A DNA stretch of 64,000 nt from Camelus dromedarius (Eukaryota), in assembly GCF_036321535.1 (NCBI RefSeq), contig NC_087437.1, positions 85,500,001 to 85,564,000 of the forward strand, read 5' to 3'. Below are positions 15,001-27,510 of the stretch, one piece after another. How positions within the stretch are numbered: position 1 is the stretch's first letter; each line of letters opens with the position of its first letter. A model generated the notes under the pieces. The model made no database searches, was not told the origin of the DNA, and was given only the letters and a program-made list of their open reading frames with translations. The translations under genes were made by a program, and so were the position numbers.

Positions 15001-15397
15001 GAACTGTAGGGTATCACGATTAGTGGCAGAAGTCAGACAGAGAAAGACAATTACTGTATTTTTCACTTGTATGTGGAATCAAAAAAAAAAAAAAAAGAAC
15101 AACTATAAACAACTATAACAAAACAGAAATAGACTCATACATAGAGAACAAACTAATAGTTGCTAGGGAGGAGAGGGAGGAGGGGAGAGAAGAAATAGGT
15201 GAAAGGAATTAAGAGGTTAAAAACCACCAGTTATAAAATAGTCACAAGGATGATACAGAACAAGAAATATAGTCAATAGTTTATAATAACTTTGCATGGT
15301 GTGTAATTCATAAAAAATGTCAAATCACTATGTTGTACACCTGAAACTAGTGTAATATTGCAAGTCAACTATACTTCAATTTTTAAAAAATTAAAAG
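12068..15397 (+). mobile_element. 5'-truncated L1 (L1MA9-like 3' end), decayed ORF2 from late EN through RT to C-terminus
   Basis: ORF pieces QNLWDAAKAVLGKKFI and PGLDDFTGEFYQAFKE; colinear with 45470-48715; about 200 nt deletion near 14370; 3' UTR and A-rich tail. Confidence 0.95.
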
Positions 15398-17279
15398 AAT
15401 TAAAGAGATATACACAAACCCCCCAACCCCCCAAAAATAGTGATGCTCATATTGGTGCATGGAGTAATTCTGAGGTGGAATTGTGCCTCACTTATTGACT
15501 CTGTCAAGATCCAAGGAATAGGTTTGTTTATTGATTCTATATGTATTTATACATGTAAAAAATATATATATATCATATATACTTGTTAAAAGTCCTTGAA
15601 GAAAACAAACACCAAAGTACTACATTTTTTAGCAAAAGAAAAAAAAAGGAAAAATATAGAATCAATATCATAAATGCTACACTTTCCTATCTTTATTTTT
15701 ATATTAGTTTTTGGAAGATTAGTCTCCATTCAATGTAACTCTTTGTTGTCTTACCAAATATTTAGGTGTTTCCCAAACCCTTTAGTGGCTTTCATTGTGT
15801 TCTAGGACTTCAAGCTAACAAAAAAATGTTTTTACCTGTTACTTTTTAACTGTTGATTTAGCAAGCTGTTTCTTTGATTACCTTATTTTTATCTACATTG
15901 GATGAAAAAAAGCAGGACTAAGTTGTCAGGGTACCTGGATTTTAGACCTACATCTGATATAAACCAGCTTTATTACTCAGCGGCCTCAGATTGTTTTCAC
16001 TTGTATAAAGGATGCCAAACTAGATTTTTATCTAGAGACCCTGGCATCTTTAAAATTCTATGGTTAGTTTCTCCGTTATTTCTCCTTCACTCACGCATGT
16101 CAGATTATAATCTTTCTCTAAGGGATAGAAAGAAACAGAAAATATAAGCAGCATATTTTTTTCTTGTTAAATTTTGAACTTGCTCTCAACAATCATTTCT
16201 GTCTTTGGGGAAAATGCCGTCCTTTCTCTCATTCTTGAGTTGACCATTTTAGCTAAAACTTCATGTAGTTTAAATCCTCAGATACAACGTGTCTTTGCTG
16301 TATTAATGATTAGCAACAGCTTCAAATAGAATTCTATTCAAGTTGAAAGTTGTTTTCATTTACCAAAGAAAATACTTTGTCAAGAAGATTTGTCAAGATT
16401 ATTAGAATCAGCTGGTGTCAGGCAAATCAGAACATCTTAAAGTGGTGCTTCACCTTCACGATACATTTACCTAGCGTTGTTTTGAAGCATAAAGCCAATA
16501 CCATATTTTAAATATTAGTGGAGAGACTGAATCCATTTTAAAGCCAAATTAAAATTTTAACATATTTTATATTTTATAAAATATTACCTTAGCAGAATAG
16601 AATGTGTTGGGACAACCAAATAAAAGGAAAAAAAGTTTACTATTTTCCATGTTTCTATAGGAGATAATTGTAACAGACTACCAGGGCATCTTGAGGCTCT
16701 AGAAGCCTGCTGTTTCAACTGTCTGCTGTTTATTGGTACCTGTCTTTGCTACCAGTAGCCAATTGTAGGCTAACTTACAAGTTTCAGAAAAGTGCTATTC
16801 ATGCCCCAGTTTATTTCAGCGTATTTGTAGATTACCTGACACCCCCCCCACCTTACCTAGTGTACAAGCACATTTATTGTAAAGTGAATCTACATGCTTT
16901 ATTCAGATTAGTTGATAGACTCTGAGTTCTGTGCAAGGATGCAAGAGGCAGTGTTCTAAGATAAAACCACAGAAAACAGCAGTGAGGCAGACCCCACGTG
17001 GAATCCATCTGAAGGGAATGGTGGAAAGATCAGATTCAGGAAATAAAGCCCTGATATCCCATACGAGACCTGGGAAGTGTAAGAAACTGAAATATAACCA
17101 GTATGTCAGAGGGTGTCTGGGCGTGCCTATGACTTCAGGTATACGTGGGAAGTAAAGCAAGGATTATTTACTAGGGCATGGTTTTCGAAAACAAAAATTA
17201 TAAGGAGAGGGAAAGAGAGAGAGAGAGAGAACAATTAAAAATGAAAAAGGAAGAAAGAAAGAAAATACTTCACAGACAC

Positions 17280-17690
17280 ACACAACATTAGGTAAGAAGT
17301 AATAAGAAAAACTGAAAACAGCAAAAGATAAATAACATGGTGAGGAAATTAGTTTTAGGTAGCATGGTGAACAAGAAAGTTCTCATTGAGAAAGTAACAT
17401 TTATGTTTAAACCCAAAAGAGGTGATAGATCCAGCTATGTGCTTTGCCAGGTGCCTGAGATGAGCGTTCCAGGCAACGAAAACAGCAAGTTCAAGAACTC
17501 TGGTGATAGAACATGCCTCGTGTGATGAAGGAAGAGTGTGAAGGCAAGTGTGCATGGAACCAAATGAGCAAAGCAGAGAAAAGTAGGAGATGAGTTTAAC
17601 CAAGTCATCATCTTTTTGGGTATTTATGGAATGTGGAATGTGGAAAACCATTGGTGGGTTCTGAGCAGAAATGTAGGCTAAGGATATACC
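17280..17690 (-). mobile_element. L2 LINE 3' fragment
   Basis: 'gttccaggcaacgaaaacagcaagttcaagaactctgg' and 'ggaaaaccattggtgggttctgagcag' resemble antisense L2. Confidence 0.65.
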
Positions 17691-17700
17691 TGAAATGTGC

Positions 17701-18207
17701 TGTTGGAGTGTGTGCCCTGCCGGCCTGCAAGCTTCGTAGTTGCCCAGCCTCAAGACCGGAGAGGGAGCCTGTTTACAGTGACAGAGACATCCCGATTTAT
17801 TGGATAGCAGCTCTTACAAGTCTGAAGCAAAAGATCCTGGAGTGACATCCCATCGTGTATGGCAGACGGCAGACGGCAGACGGCACACAGAACATGGCAG
17901 TAATCTTCCCTACTCGGGGGTGGGGGAGGAGGCTACATTTTATAGGGGGAATTGACGTCAGGTTGGCTCATCAGTTACCAGGGAAACCAGCAGCTGGGGC
18001 AGGGGCAAGCACAGGACAGTAACTGATTAAGTCCTATAATTAAGAAGATTGGATAGTCATGGGAGTGAAGCAGGGCCTGCTGAAGCAGGGGATGTCCAGA
18101 GAGCAAGAGAACAGCCATCCTGAGTGGCCTAACCATGGGGGTTCTCTGGATGCTCTGCTGCAAACAGGCTTCATGGGTCTGGCCAATCACTGAGCCAGGG
18201 CTCCACA
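17701..18207 (-). mobile_element. ERV solo LTR (507 bp)
   Basis: Inverted termini tgttggag...ctccaca; minus-strand TATAAAA (about 17938-17944) upstream of AATAAA (about 17796-17801); GC-rich and retains CpGs; (GGCAGAC)3 internal repeat; TSD unclear. Confidence 0.85.
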
Positions 18208-20997
18208 GCCCAAGTTACACATTTTTCCCGGTGGAGTTATGTTATACTAGACATTTCAGGGACAGAGTCATGTTTCACTAATTTATTATATGAAACAAAC
18301 AGATTTCTAGACTCATGAGACAATATGGAAAAGATACTGGGTCTGCAATAGTCTTCTATTACTCATTAGATGAAGATTTGACAAAGGAAGTCAGCCCAAT
18401 GTGAAATTCAGTTCAGTGGAAATGTATGACTACCTAACAAGTCATATTTTTACCTAAAGCTTAGCATACACTATACATTTAAATGAGATTGAAAATAATT
18501 GAATTCCAGTTCACTTTCAGGGGAGATTTTCTATCATTAAGCACTTCACTGGCAATAAAATTTTGAATGAAAAAAGAAAAATTCAATCTGTTTTTAAAGA
18601 AAAACATCAAAGGACATAAAAATTCATAAACATGTGCAAAAACTTCTCTATCCTACCATCTGGGAAATTATAAATACCATTTTACACAAATTCTATTGCA
18701 GGTGGTGAGCTGAAAACTCTTGGCATTCTGATAGTTATAAGAGCAATGAACAGTATATTCACAGAACTTTAGGAAATATGCAGAAATATAGGCATGCTGT
18801 TTATTTATAGTCATATCTGTGATTCGCTTTAGTTTACAATTGTATGAAAACATGTTAGAGATAAACATATACTAAAAGAATAAACTGCATCACATATGAC
18901 TATAATATATCCTTTATTAAAAATAAGAATTCTGAAATAATAATAATGTATACAGTTTCTAAGAGTTCATATGGTCCTTTTAATATGGCTATTAATATTC
19001 ATTGGCTTACAGTTGTTTTCACATTTCTTATTGATTCCCTCTCTGTTTGTGCTAAGCCATCTGTTATAAACCTAGATTTATTTATAAAAGCACCTTCCGC
19101 TTGGTTAGAGACAATCAGAATTTAGGCTGTAATGGCATTTCATACCTCTTTTTGATCCCTGTAGAGAAGGAAGTCTCAAGTTGACCTTCATGTACCTATT
19201 TAAAGAAGGCTATTATTGAACTGCTGTACTTGATAAGGTGATCTAATTCCACAGGAATGGTAAAATTGAAGAAGAGGGTAATCATATTTGAAAAAGGGTA
19301 GGCTTATTCATCCCACAGGAAATAGAGAGGAGCAAAGCAATATTAGGGATGATGTTCTCATTTAGCACAAGGTGAAAGAGCTTGAAAAAGTGATGCCGGT
19401 TCAAAATCCTCCTGGAACAAAATTTTTATATTAACTTAAATGTAAACAAAGACCAAATCCCTCAATTTCTGCGCTACAGTCTGTGTGGTAAATAACTGGT
19501 CACTACTGAGCAAGTGACTGGCTTGTACCATATTTGAGTATTAGAATGCACAGCCATATGTTGCTCATTTATTATATTTAAGTTACAACTAGAAGTAGAC
19601 ATCAGTCGGGGTCAGTATGGGTTAAAATGACAAATGCTGATGAAGAAACAAAGAGAAGATTAATGCAACTGCTTTTGTTTCTTCAATCTTTAATTATATG
19701 CATTTGATTTCTAAACAGGGTGCTAAGTCTACGGAAAGACGTGTAATGAAAATAATGGATTTAACAGAGAACACTAGAGAGCTTCCAGAAGTTTAAAAAG
19801 TCTTAAATTAGAATTTTAAATCTAGTTAGTTCAATGAAATGTGTGCCTATCTTCTCAAGAAACTATTTCCTTTATAGATATGGACAGTGATCACTCATTA
19901 GGTGTAAGCTTTTATCCTTGACTAACCTTTTTCTTAAATTACCCCTTCTCATTGAATACATGTCAGCAAGGTAACAGTTTTATGTTGGATTTGAATCAAG
20001 AGAAGTAATGCATATTTTCTTCCTTCCAGGAAATATCCTAAAGGAAACAATTACAAAACTATAAAAGACAAGTATTCTTATATCCTCACAGAGGTAAGTA
20101 CAACGTATTACGGGAGTAAAAAAGGAAAGTAGGATAAGAACACTTTTTTTTTTTCTTTTGGTAAAGTTTAGCAATTAATCAATGTCAGTTTGCCCAGAGA
20201 AATGTTACTGAGTTGCTGGACCTGAACTTACATTATGGCATTGTAACAAGTGGATGAAGACACTGAAAATAAATCAGATAAAAATGAGATAGTCTCAGGA
20301 GCGAATGATGAGTTAATTGGCAGAAATCTTAAAATATTAAAGGGATCCAGAGTTCTCACTGTGATTCTAAGGCAAATCATTTGGAAAACCACTTTTGTAT
20401 AAATTCTCATTCTACTAGTTAAGAGTTAAAAAAATGAAATGTTTATTACTGCTATTTTACTAATATATATTCAAATATACAGATATGCTAATTTCAAAAT
20501 AATCTTAGTTTTAATGCAATTTATATTTGTTATTACAAATAAATTAATGTAGTGAAATTCCTTGTTTACTATAGGGTTGGAATATTTCTAGACTTCTTCA
20601 AGCCTACAATATTCTAAAATCACTTTAATATTCAGATTCATAATTCATTAGCAGGTAGGCCCTTTGTCATCAACTTATTCCACAGTCCATAGTACCTATT
20701 AATAAAAATTATTCAAAACTTAGAAATAAAAGGGAAAAGTGATTACAAGTCCTTTCAGTGACATATTAGAATACTGCCTAACAAAGTCACCTAAAGGTTC
20801 CTTGACTAGAAGGGTCTCATTTTGTTTGACTTGTATTTGCTATTGATTAGAAAGCAAACTCTACATTTGTGATTAATTTGTAGAGAACTGATCATGTGAA
20901 AATGATTCTTTATCTGGTAGAAAAGGTATTTCTAAAAGTTATGGTTTAATTCCTTTTGAGGATACGGACCAGTTTTGGATCTGATAGAGTAATCTTT

Positions 20998-21375
20998 GTA
21001 CCTTGCACCATACACAAATATTTAATTTAAAATGGATTACAAGGTGGGGAGGGTATAGTTCAAGTAGTAGAGCACATGCTTAGCATGCACGAGGTCCTGG
21101 GTTCAATCCCCAGTACCTCCTCTAAAAAATAAATAAATGAATAGAAACTAATTACCTCCCCCTTCAAAAAAAAAAAAAAGAAGAAAAAATATTTTTTATA
21201 AATTAATTGATTAATTAATTAATTTTATAAATGGATTACAGACCTAGTTGTACAATTTACAACTATAAACTTCTGAAAGAAAACATAAGAGTAATCTTTG
21301 TGACCTCAGTTGTGCCAAAATTTCTTGGATAAGGCACTAAAAGCATGATCAATAGTAGAATACATTGTAGCTTTG
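20998..21375 (+). mobile_element. Old L1 ORF2 fragment interrupted by a SINE
   Basis: 'ccttgcaccatacacaaatatttaatttaaaatggattaca|gacctag...aactataaacttctgaaagaaaacataagag' matches the late ORF2 segment at 47770-47860. Confidence 0.8.
21042..21228 (+). mobile_element. tRNA(Ala)-derived camelid SINE (Vic-1-like)
   Basis: A box 'tagttcaagtagt', B box 'ggttcaatccc', 'gcttagcatgcacgaggtcctg' tRNA-like head, A-rich tail, perfect 12-bp TSD aaatggattaca at 21030-21041 and 21229-21240. Confidence 0.92.
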
Positions 21376-21668
21376 TATCTACATAGCTCTTGCCTTTCTG
21401 TGCTCTATGCTGCGCATTCTTGGTGTCTTTGTCTTCCTGGACTGTCACTTCCTCATTAGAGATGCTAGGATTATGTGAGCTGCTTCCATCGCAGGGATGT
21501 GGTGGCTCCTATTTGAGGTCAACCGTGGTTAACAAATTGCTAAACACCTTTTAAGTTTTCCAATGACATTCATTACAATGTATGAACATAGGGGCAAATG
21601 GGAACTCAGAAAGCCCAACTTCATGGTCTGTGATGATCTGTGTGAGAGATAATCATATTTTGCACTAT

Positions 21669-22188
21669 TGTAATAGAGAGGAACAAAACTGACTACATAT
21701 TCAATCTGTTCCTTTAGCTCTAACCCTGTGCTGTTTCCTGTGCTTAGCCATGCTGGTTCTGCACCTTTTGTAAAAGAATGTTGCCTATAGTCTGAAATAT
21801 ACAGGATAGCCCATTCTCAAGGCTCTGACCTTTAAGGGTGTAACACTTTTCTATTCACATAGAGAAAAAAAATTGCAGAACAGAGAGTAGCATTTGTGAT
21901 GTTAGAAGTTTACAGGAACATCATGACCTGACCCATGTGGACAGCTGCAAGAACAAAGGGTTTTGACATCAAAAAATTTGCAACAACCAACCACATCCCC
22001 TCCCCTTTTAGTATAAAAGGAGACTAAATTCTGACATGAAGAAGACGATGGTTCTCTAGGATATTAGTCCCTCGTCTTCTCAGTCTGCTGGCTTTCTGAA
22101 TAAAGTTAATAATCCTTGACCCAACACCTTGTCTCCCGATTTCTTTGCCTGTCATGTAGTGAGCACAATGAGTTTGGACTTCATGACA
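21669..22188 (+). mobile_element. ERV1-type solo LTR (520 bp)
   Basis: TGT...ACA termini, 4-bp TSD ctat (21665-21668 and 22189-22192), TATAAAA about 22013, AATAAA about 22099. Confidence 0.9.
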
Positions 22189-22949
22189 CTATGAGATAGA
22201 CAGTTGAGATATTGAAAAATAACTTGGATAGAGAATCTATGGGATTTTGTGCGTTCTGGAGTAACGACAAAGGAGAAATTAATGAAAATTTCTCTGATTG
22301 GTCAATTTATAAGAGGGAGAATAATTGTAAAATGGGGAGAAAGAGAAAAAAATTAGATTTTACATGGATCAAGGAGATGCAAATCAAGTGATAAAATTTT
22401 AAGTGAGAAATTCAAGTGGATAGATCAAGTAATCAAAATCTATTAAGTCTTCAGCTCAGTATTTAGGTGATATTTAAATTCATGATATAATAATGCAGAA
22501 GGTGAATTGTCAAAGAATCATAAAAATGATAGTTCTTAGCTAACTCCAAAAATAAATAATTCTATAGATATAGACAAATATATTCTATATGAAATGAACC
22601 AAAACTTTTAGACGTAGTTTCAGAAAAAAAAATCATTACTTCAAATTTACTACACATTGTGATTTTGGATAAATGGACAAGTTCTGAACAATGTGCATGG
22701 AAACATTATCCAAAGAAGCCATTTACTTTGGGGGTTCCTCAGTTTCACATATAAAAGACGTCTACTATTCTCCAGTCAGCTATTCTCTAAAAAAAGTCTA
22801 TCAACTTTCAAGTATACATACAATAAGCAATCTAGGCATACTGACAGATCCAAATAAAAAGGCATGTCTTTCTAAGTAGAAAATACCACCCTTATCTTTC
22901 CACTGGCAAATATCATACCACGTTTATAAGAAACAGAGTCCTAGATCAA

Positions 22950-25900
22950 TCACTCATACCCTAGATCTCAGAGAAAGGAAATGCTGCTGTCATCACTTTC
23001 TTCTATAATTTAAAGCCAACTTTACTTTTTTCCTGGCCAATAATTTTTATATTGATGGATTTCAAATCAGTCTTCCTAAAATTTTTTCTATTTTCAAGGG
23101 CATGAGGGCACCATGCAAATAGGTTTTGTTTCATTTAATTCTATTAATGAATATACAAATTATTATTACATCACACAGACATGACAGAGAGATTAAAAAG
23201 TTACACTATCATGTTTTGTTCCTTCCCAACAGAAATGACCATTTCCCATGTTTCCAGTGACTAGGGAAGCAATTGAAGGCCATTGTCAGTAAATTGTAGA
23301 TTCTGTCTGATTTATGGACATAAGCATATCTTAAATATCATAATATAAATTTTTACAGATACAGGTTTCTAGAATCATATGACATTGTCCATGCCTCCCC
23401 ACAAATGGAACATGATGTTGATTATTTATGTGTCCAGTCCCAGTTGAATCATAGAAGAGAGGATTTTTCATCTTCAACACCTGTGACAACAGAGAGCAAG
23501 GATCTTGTGCCTGTGGCATCTTTTCATAGTTTAGGCTATCCATATCCTCAAAATACACCAGCTTAGCCTGGGTCATTAACATTACTGACTAAAGATCTTT
23601 AAAAACACCAGAATCTGTACTGTCCTTCTTCAGTGAAGGCATAAGTAAGCCCTCTATCAGAGCTACTAATGGGTTTGGGGTTTCATCAGTTTAGTGATAT
23701 GCCTAGCCAACTCATAAATTATTCATCATCTTCTTTAACTGTCTGCTGATGCCAGTCTCCTGAAATAATATGCCCATTATGCTTCTAAAATCATGTGACA
23801 GTCAACTAAAATTTGTACCACATCTAGCCTAATATGTCCAGTTCTCATCAAGTCACCACGTAAATTGTTACTATGGGCTGTTTTTGACAAAGGACAGGCT
23901 GGGTATACCTGCAGAGGAATAGTGTAGCCAATTAAACTCTCCACAGGGCAGAGTGTAAACCTAAAAACAGCTCAGTGTGGGTTGCCACAAACAGCAAATA
24001 GGCATCTCAAAAGGAGAGTTATTTGTAATATATGTCTGCCATAGAACCTGAAGTCCCCTTCTCTTGCGGCTACCCTATTTCCATGCCACTTTTCTAAGAT
24101 ATTTAATCCACATTAACATTTCCTGTAGTCAAAGACGCAAGTCAAGTGCTGACCTTCTGGGAAAATGACATCAATTGGCTGCTCATCAGGCTTATTTCAA
24201 ATCCATACCATGTGCAGAAGAAGCTAAGCAGAATGATTCAAGTGTATTCTTTAAATCATGATATATTTTAAAAGAACAAAAGTAGTAAATATAGTCCACA
24301 AATCATAAACTCAGTGATAGTTCTAATTGGTTGAATCATCAGGGTGCCTTGTGACATTTTTTTCCCCCAAATTATCCAGATCAAGTTTTTCGGCAGAATC
24401 CATAAATCAGCAAAAGTCAGTTTCTATTCTTTGTACAAAACAGGTCAGATTTTTTCCCTCAACATTTGCCAATAATTAATATGATATCTTAGAGACAGCT
24501 AAGAATATTATTCTGTTGCTCTGAGACACTCTAAGGGAATAAAGGCACTGCATCTTTCCCTGAAATTACAATCCATATATGAGTATTGTTCTCAATTGCC
24601 ATAAATATATCCTTTCTTCTATTACCTGTTTTAACTCATATACTTCCTTCCTTAATGGGGAGCTCTGGTTTGGATAATGCTTACATAAAGAAAGACAGAA
24701 ACATCCATAACAATTGCTACAACAGGTCCTGTCTTTATCCCCTTTTCAGGAAGAAGTCTTAGGACTTGATAGGTAAAAAATTACTAGACTGTCCTTGCCA
24801 CTTGGTAATAAGGACATAGTCACAGTTACACCTAAATTAGCCACAAGGGTCAAAATTTTGTCCTACCCTAAAGTTCATTTAGGAATATTTGCTGACAAAT
24901 TTAGCTAATAGATACTGCATCTTATGCATCCATATTGTTCTCTATCCTGGCATATGCAAATACAGCTGTTGGCTTAGGACTACCAAATCAAGTAACTAAA
25001 AAGAAAAATTGTGTAAGCTTGCAGAGATAAAAAGTTGTATAATTGTATGATCACTCAATAGCTCATTCCTATATTCCAGATCCTAATACCTGTTCTGTGG
25101 AATCCTTCCTTTGTGCCTTTTAAATTCAATGTCAAGGCATATTCATTTAATTGACTCAGTCTCTCAAACCTTTCTCATCACCTCTTTTAAGTAATACAAT
25201 GTTTAAAATTGTATATTCAGTGAAGTCATTTCTCAGGGTATATGAAGGAATATGATATATCTGTTTAATATATTTTCTTCCTCATGGCCACACATTGGTA
25301 ACAGAATAGTGTGTACGTTAATCAGAAGAAAGATAGTCTGGTAGAACAAATTGATTAGCCTGTTTGCTATTTAGTTGTATTTTCCACAGTTGCTGCTGAA
25401 ACTGAATAAACAAAACATACAGTAAAAAAAAAAACTCAATTCTAAACAACACCCATTTGTAGCTTGCTACAGATCCTGGTAGGAGTCCGTGCATTCCAGC
25501 AAAGTGCTGGTTCCTGAGCAATAAGGATTTTATGTAGAGCTATCTTAAGGAGATTTCCTATTGGCAGGATCCCAGAGCAAAGTCTCTTACTACATCAGTG
25601 GTCTCACTTGATTTGAGGTTCAACTGTGTACAGCCTGAGCATACCTATGCCTACTCATTTCATGAACTTCGGGAACTAGTTTTTGGGATCTGAAAACCAT
25701 AGTTTTCCAATGTCTTCTTAGCTGGCAATTTGGTCATTTTGGAGGGCATCTACATGAATCACCGTATTTCTGTAAATTCCCAAAGAGAGTCCTGTAACTG
25801 AGCACCTCAAACAGGAGCGAAGTTTGTCATCTGGTTAGCTAGGACTTCTTTCTCATTATATTATAAGGCCATAGGCTAAGCACAAGTGTCTGTAAAGATC

Positions 25901-26400
25901 CAAATGCTATTTTCAGCATAAGAGCCTAATTCCACTGGCACCTGTTGAATAAACTGCTCCCAGCTTCATGTAGTGTGAACGGTATCTTTTCCTTCCCCAG
26001 TAGGATTTTGTACTATCTATCAAGTATATTGCAACCAATTTCCAAAAAAAAGCCATTCAACCCTCAGTTCTGGAACACTAATGTGGACCAAACAGCATGA
26101 TTAGTTTTGCTGAAAAGGAAGTAAAGCATTCAAATCATACTGGGATGAGGACAGGGAGACCCCTCAAGGGCTCTATCACAGGACTCTGGAAAGCAGTGAA
26201 AAAACTAGGTCTGGATTGCATGAACTCATAGTGAAATCCTCCTAATCATGGTTTTGCATATATCAGCTCCATTTTATCAATGAGCATAGCTGCGCTGCTC
26301 TCTATTGAACTTCTTCCAACATCACCTGAAACATGATAGACATTTATGGTCTCTGAATTATCTGATATCCTTCAGTGGCAGGACCAGTCTCCTTCAACAC
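22950..26400 (-). mobile_element. Ancient decayed LTR-retrotransposon interior (Gypsy-like, cf. MamGyp-int): gag-pro-RT-RH-IN
   Basis: Hand translation of minus strand: SWEQFIQ (25945-25965), NCGK (25380-25391), CYQC..GH (25284-25303), LLD(x)GS (24979-24995), SCL*DIILIIG (24468-24500), VLWQ..P (24036-24047), LNYEKMPQAQDP (about 23500-23540), H..P..GRHG (about 23385-23415), TDNG (23279-23290), in canonical order. Confidence 0.7.
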
Positions 26401-27289
26401 CCAATAGCAAATTAGGAAGTGTCTTTCAAAGAAGCTATGAAAGTGGCTGTGTCAGGCTCAAAACACAAGAAGTTTTAGACAAATACATTTCTGACAAGGG
26501 GTTCAGTCTGCGTAAGTTCTGATTGCAAGTACATTTAAAATCTTATGAGCCATTGAGTTATAATGTACTAATGAGAATTCCTGAATAACTGCCTTTATTA
26601 ACCTCTTTTTTTTTGCTCAGAACCCAATTCCAATTTAGATTTCATTTTGGCAACCTTATGTACAGTGGCCAGCAAAATTCATAAGTGGGAAAAGGGGTTC
26701 ATTAGAACTCAAATAGCCCTGCCAGACACTTGGAATATTTTTAAATGGTGAAGTTAGAAAACTAGAATTGTTTCTAATACTTTCAGGGATATTCATGGTT
26801 GTGATGGGTCACTCAAATAGTTACTCAAAATTTCACAAACTGCACTGATCCTTGATGTTTAGCAGGATTCTTTAGCCAGTCACATGGGTGACTCCAGTCC
26901 TTAACTTGTCATATATTTATTTCCATGAAAAGTCAGCAATAATGGCATCAGCAGTGCAACGCTTACAGAGTGTTCAGGTACCTGCAATACCAGATTAAGG
27001 CTGTACTGGGGAAGTCAAATATCTCGAGTCAAGACCATATGGAATAATGTGTATCATTCATACACGTCCACCGTGACACCTTCTGCTGGATTGAAGCAGA
27101 CTTCCTTAACCCTTAAATTAAAATTTCATTCAGGTAGAAAGTTAAGAAATTGGTATCAGTTTCCCTTTAAGTGGAAGAGATGAAAAGTCATTGTCATCTT
27201 ATTTATTTGGTCAAGAATTATTAAAGAAGTTTAATAATTGAGGAAATTTGGCATAAAGAAAAATATAAATATGAGCTTTGCGCTCGGAT

Positions 27290-27510
27290 ATAGGTGGGTG
27301 TCTATCCTGTCTAAATCACTTAGAAACTGTAATATCAAGAAACTTAACTGAACTATATTCATCTGCAAAATGTATTCATCACTTTTTCATCTAAAAAAAA
27401 TGGGGATCATAATACATCTTACCTTGCAAATGTACTCTAAAAGTTAGAGAAAATTTCTGGAAAGTATCTGTTCCAATAGAGCAGACACTCCCAAAAAGTT
27501 TGTTATTATT
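27290..27510 (+). mobile_element. MIR SINE
   Basis: 'ttcatctgcaaaatg...catctaaaaaaaatggggatcataatacatcttaccttgc' resembles the MIR core. Confidence 0.6.

Noticed and set aside
21045..21120. tRNA-Ala gene
   Set aside because: A-rich tail, TSD and mismatched stems show it is a SINE head
23331..23582. Domesticated Gypsy-derived gene
   Set aside because: The surrounding pol is full of stops and frameshifts and the catalytic motifs are degraded
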